From an uncultured archaeon (GTDB lineage: Archaea; Thermoplasmatota; Penumbrarchaeia; JASLWR01), in the NCBI GenBank assembly GCA_964342815.1, contig CAYFHS010000003.1, forward strand, positions 106,741 through 170,740: a stretch of DNA of 64,000 nt, written 5' to 3'. The notes beneath the pieces are model-generated. The model worked only from the letters and a program-made list of their open reading frames with translations, made no database searches and was not told the origin of the DNA. The translations under genes were made by a program, and so were the position numbers. Shown here in pieces: positions 60,547-64,000 of the stretch. Each line of letters begins with the position of its first letter. Positions within the stretch are counted from its first letter, which is position 1.

Positions 60547-60874
60547 TATATCAACTCCGCGAGTTTGTTAAATCCAGATATAATTCCCGTATATTTTTCA
60601 ATAATTCATACGGTAATTTTGTTTTCAGTGATTAAAAACAAATTATTTAATCCTTGGTGTTAGATTACATTCTATTCCACCATTTGCAAATATTTGCTGT
60701 TCCAAAAGCTACTGTATCGAGGAACACGTCGGTATTGTTTTGATTGTAACGAAGGTTTTATAATTGAAGAAACTGATTACTTGCTCCGATAATAAATTGC
60801 TCCAAATAATTCAAAATGCATACGAATAATAAATGTTTCGTGTTCAGGTTCAAAATTATCAAGAAAGTGATAAT

Positions 60875-61297
60875 ATGCCCGTAAAAACCGTTGAAATAAC
60901 TTCCATAGATGCAAGACGATTCACAAAACCCGGTGAGAAGATCACCAACGTGAGGATAGACAACAATTCATCAGTTACCTTGATAACGCCTATGAACGAC
61001 GAAGAAGCAAACGTGGAGTTCAGGTATACTGCCAGCTACGGCGGCATAGGCTCCATTCGCATGGAAGGAGTCATCATATATACGGGGAACGTTAAGGACC
61101 TTTCCACAAAATGGATCAACGAGGGAAATATGCCTGACGAGATCGCAGGAGAGATACACACAGCCATAATGAGAGTGTGTGTGCCCGAAGCGATAATTAT
61201 CTCAAAGGACATCAAATTGCCCCCGCCCATCCCGCTCCCGAACATCAACTTCAAAAAGAACAAGGCCAAAAAATCGTCAGGAATGGAAGTCGCCTGA
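60875..61297 (+). CDS. Conserved archaeal SecB-like protein
   Basis: Four-strand plus helix pattern ending in PPPIPLP. Start moved to ATG 60875. Confidence 0.6.
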   Translation: MPVKTVEITSIDARRFTKPGEKITNVRIDNNSSVTLITPMNDEEANVEFRYTASYGGIGSIRMEGVIIYTGNVKDLSTKWINEGNMPDEIAGEIHTAIMRVCVPEAIIISKDIKLPPPIPLPNINFKKNKAKKSSGMEVA

Positions 61298-61530
61298 TAT
61301 TTTTACTATTTACCAATTGCTTTAATGACCCATGCTCAGCCATCTCCGACTTAACTAAGTTATAGGCTGGGGTAAGATTCCCATATCCTGAGAATCATAA
61401 GAACTCACAATAACGAAAAGATTAATATCGGGTGACAGATTACCAATAACGTTCCTGGGAATCTGTTATGATGGAGATTCCTTATCGAACAAGTTCCAAT
61501 CACATTATCCGATATCCAGGTGGGAAATAA

Positions 61531-62388
61531 ATGGCCGAGGAAACTGTTTCCAAGGAAAGAAAACGCCTCATTGAACTATGGAAGGCGTACGAGACCCAAG
61601 AGAGGGAATACAGCGAGGCGCTGAAAAAGATCTTAACGAATGAGAAATCACTTCGGGAAGCCGGCAAGATGAAGAGAAGCCTCCGGCAGCTTATCGAGGA
61701 GAAGAACAGAGAGATAATGGAACTGGAATTGAAAAATACCACCTTGAAGACCGATCTGGATGAGATACGACCTCAGATGGAAGAGAAGGAAAGGCTGGTG
61801 GTGGAGAACAAGAAGCGATATGCAAAGTTGTATGCTCTCACCGAGGAACTGGAAGAGGAACTTGAACGGGCCCGCAAAGAGATAGAGGCCAGGGATCGAT
61901 GGTTCAAGGAAAACATCTCAAATCTTGAGAATTTGAATAAGAGCCTGGACGGTAGGAAGTTATTGATAGAGCAGGCAAAAAAGGGAGAAGAGCTTTCCAG
62001 CTCCAAAGCAATGATGGAACTGGAAAGACCGGGTATCAAAGAGGAAATTGCCTCCGTGGTGGAAGAGAATATACCCGATGAAGTGGATGAACCGTCTTTC
62101 GATGAAGAACCGACTTTTGATGATGAACCATCATTCGAAGAGAATACCTCCTTCGACGACGATGAAGACATGGTGGAAGAACAGATGAAGCCGGAGAAAA
62201 GCAGGATAGATGTGATCAAAGAATTCTCAAAACTCGATTCACTGAATCCGACCCTGGCTAACGCGCTTTATAACTCGGGTTACACAACGTTGGAGCAGTT
62301 GCGGGATACCTCGGAAAGCGATCTTCGGACCGTCAAGGGATTTGATGAGCTGAGGGTCGAATCACTCCAACTGGACCTTATGGAATGA
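61531..62388 (+). CDS. Coiled-coil protein with an acidic linker and a C-terminal helix-hairpin-helix domain
   Basis: About 150-aa heptad region, DEPSF-like repeats, LANALYNSGYTTLEQL..S.SDL..VKGF. Confidence 0.8.
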   Translation: MAEETVSKERKRLIELWKAYETQEREYSEALKKILTNEKSLREAGKMKRSLRQLIEEKNREIMELELKNTTLKTDLDEIRPQMEEKERLVVENKKRYAKLYALTEELEEELERARKEIEARDRWFKENISNLENLNKSLDGRKLLIEQAKKGEELSSSKAMMELERPGIKEEIASVVEENIPDEVDEPSFDEEPTFDDEPSFEENTSFDDDEDMVEEQMKPEKSRIDVIKEFSKLDSLNPTLANALYNSGYTTLEQLRDTSESDLRTVKGFDELRVESLQLDLME

Positions 62389-62398
62389 AACTGATCGG

Positions 62399-63775
62399 TT
62401 AATACGGTGGCGGAGGAAATCTTCTTTTTCGAACTCCATAAGTTTTTGAAGGTTGTCGGTGAGAACGGTCAAACGAATTGTCGTATTGATCAGGCCGGGT
62501 CATAGGTCGTGTTCCATATTCATCATTGGATTCGGCTTTATTTCTAAATATAGATTTCTTATATGGATACTGGGGGGGTGGAGAGGCGTTATGAGCAAAT
62601 TGAGATGTCTCCCCATGCTCTCTCAAAAGGGTTGCTCCATACAATGTTTCATATGAATTTGACAACGCCGGTTCGATCCTCTCACTAGGTTCGTCCCCGA
62701 AGGATGACGACGTTTGTTCTACCTTCTCGGTTCCCGTCTTTATTTCCAATTCTTTTTTGGTTAAAAATAAAAATACCATCGCAAAAGAGCCCAAACACAC
62801 AGATGTTAGCCCCAATATCCATCCTGAACCCGGACCCCAAATGTAATCTGTATACTTTTCATCGTCACCGGGTTCATATCTCTTCGAACCCCAGAATCCG
62901 GATACGACCTGTTCCGAGGGGTCGTCAACCAAAATAAAATCACCATTCCCTTCATCATTTTCATCGTGCGAATCCTCCCAATCCTTGTCATAGGCACCTC
63001 CCCAGGCTGCCGCGAAATAAATTACTCCGACCAAAGTGATCAAAACAGCCAGCCCCAACGATATGATCCCAACGTATGAATTTGTACGATTGATTGCAGC
63101 AAATAATAACGCTATAATGGCGATACCTGAAAGGATCAATCCAATCAACCATATGTAATATGTTACATTTGCCACATCCGCCTTGTTAATCAGACCATCC
63201 TCTTTCTCGGCTTCCGTAACGAGAGAATTGGATAATGGTGTAATTAAGGAACGGGAATCACCTTCTCTACCTCGTATTTTCTTGTCCAACGATGGAAATG
63301 CATCATCGCAATCACGACAATAATATCCTTCGATAGGTATAATTTCCATATCACAATTATCACACCATACCACAGGTTCACTGAATTCCGCATCACAACC
63401 GCCCCCGTATCTATTACAGCTTGTTGCTCCATTCCCCACGTATCTCCCACATTCCGGGCAGTGAGATTTCAAGTCGTCCAAAGATTGATAACTATAACCA
63501 TTTCTTTCTTCGCAATGGGGGCATAAATAGCATTTGTAATAATCAAGGCTTTCTTCAGTACTTGCAATCATATCACCGCAGCCCGGACAGGTGTACTTGT
63601 ACTGGTTTTCCGTCCGAATTTCCTCTGAACTGAAATCAGATAATCCAGCGTGAAAAATTATTTTACTTGGACTTTCCTCCTCCTGTCTGGTTTCAGACCA
63701 CCAGGGTGAAAAAAATGCGGTCACGCTCAATATCATTGCGATTACTGCAATCATGATGCCTATGGTCCTTTTCAT
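62399..63775 (-). CDS. Claudin-like four-TM protein with a Cys-rich multi-Zn-ribbon loop
   Basis: TM1-PWW, 13 Cys in loop 1, TM2-TM3, GPGSGW-TM4, PPPY tail. Confidence 0.65.
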   Translation of the reverse strand: MKRTIGIMIAVIAMILSVTAFFSPWWSETRQEEESPSKIIFHAGLSDFSSEEIRTENQYKYTCPGCGDMIASTEESLDYYKCYLCPHCEERNGYSYQSLDDLKSHCPECGRYVGNGATSCNRYGGGCDAEFSEPVVWCDNCDMEIIPIEGYYCRDCDDAFPSLDKKIRGREGDSRSLITPLSNSLVTEAEKEDGLINKADVANVTYYIWLIGLILSGIAIIALLFAAINRTNSYVGIISLGLAVLITLVGVIYFAAAWGGAYDKDWEDSHDENDEGNGDFILVDDPSEQVVSGFWGSKRYEPGDDEKYTDYIWGPGSGWILGLTSVCLGSFAMVFLFLTKKELEIKTGTEKVEQTSSSFGDEPSERIEPALSNSYETLYGATLLREHGETSQFAHNASPPPQYPYKKSIFRNKAESNDEYGTRPMTRPDQYDNSFDRSHRQPSKTYGVRKRRFPPPPY

Positions 63776-64000
63776 ACCTGCCTTAATAGTAATACCCCGA
63801 TGTTTTCCTTTTGGATAAATACTATACTTAAAAACATATTTTTATAATTTTCGCAATGATTTTTATACGAATCCGTAACACAATTATTATATGGAAACGA
63901 TTATTTCAAACGTAATAAAAACGCCCAATCTACTCAGTACGCCTCACGTGTAAAGCCGACCCATTCTGGTTCAACTTTACCAAGAAGTCAGTCCAAATGT

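Noticed and set aside
63200-63620. Multiheme cytochrome c
   Set aside because: The Cys pairs are never followed by His (no CxxCH).
63930-64000. 3' end of a minus-strand gene at the window edge
   Set aside because: Only about 23 open codons are visible, too few to support a call.

Overview
This window is archaeal chromosomal DNA, most plausibly from an uncultured Thermoplasmatota-like lineage. That placement is inferred from the gene repertoire, not from a marker gene. From left to right: (i) 1-11.3 kb has housekeeping and surface genes (NDP-sugar synthase, rpiA, YbhB, GNAT plus DUF2156, a CEOS/AlaDH-family enzyme, LamG/FnIII and Kelch surface proteins). (ii) About 11.4-28.9 kb is an accessory region, AT-rich in much of its length. 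It holds a Fic gene; a tightly coupled epimerase-GT4-radical SAM/SPASM-WG repeat-HAD-methyltransferase operon headed by an unannotated 40-aa peptide gene with its own terminator hairpin; a type I R-M locus with a frameshifted hsdM and with two Schlafen/AlbA_2-like genes and a HEPN gene between hsdM and hsdS; and an orphan PD-(D/E)xK-like gene. (iii) About 31 kb has a 230-nt stack of roughly ten hairpins. (iv) 31.2-53.1 kb is a 22-kb minus-strand block with an archaellum operon (arlB-CDE-F-G-H-I-J) flanked by giant membrane-anchored surface proteins and a 42-Glu protein. (v) 53.5-64 kb has CBS, aminotransferase, coiled-coil, S-layer-like, SecB-like, HhH and claudin-like genes. No rRNA, tRNA, CRISPR array, integrase or transposase was recognised. 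All family calls come from motif recognition by eye; no database search was run.
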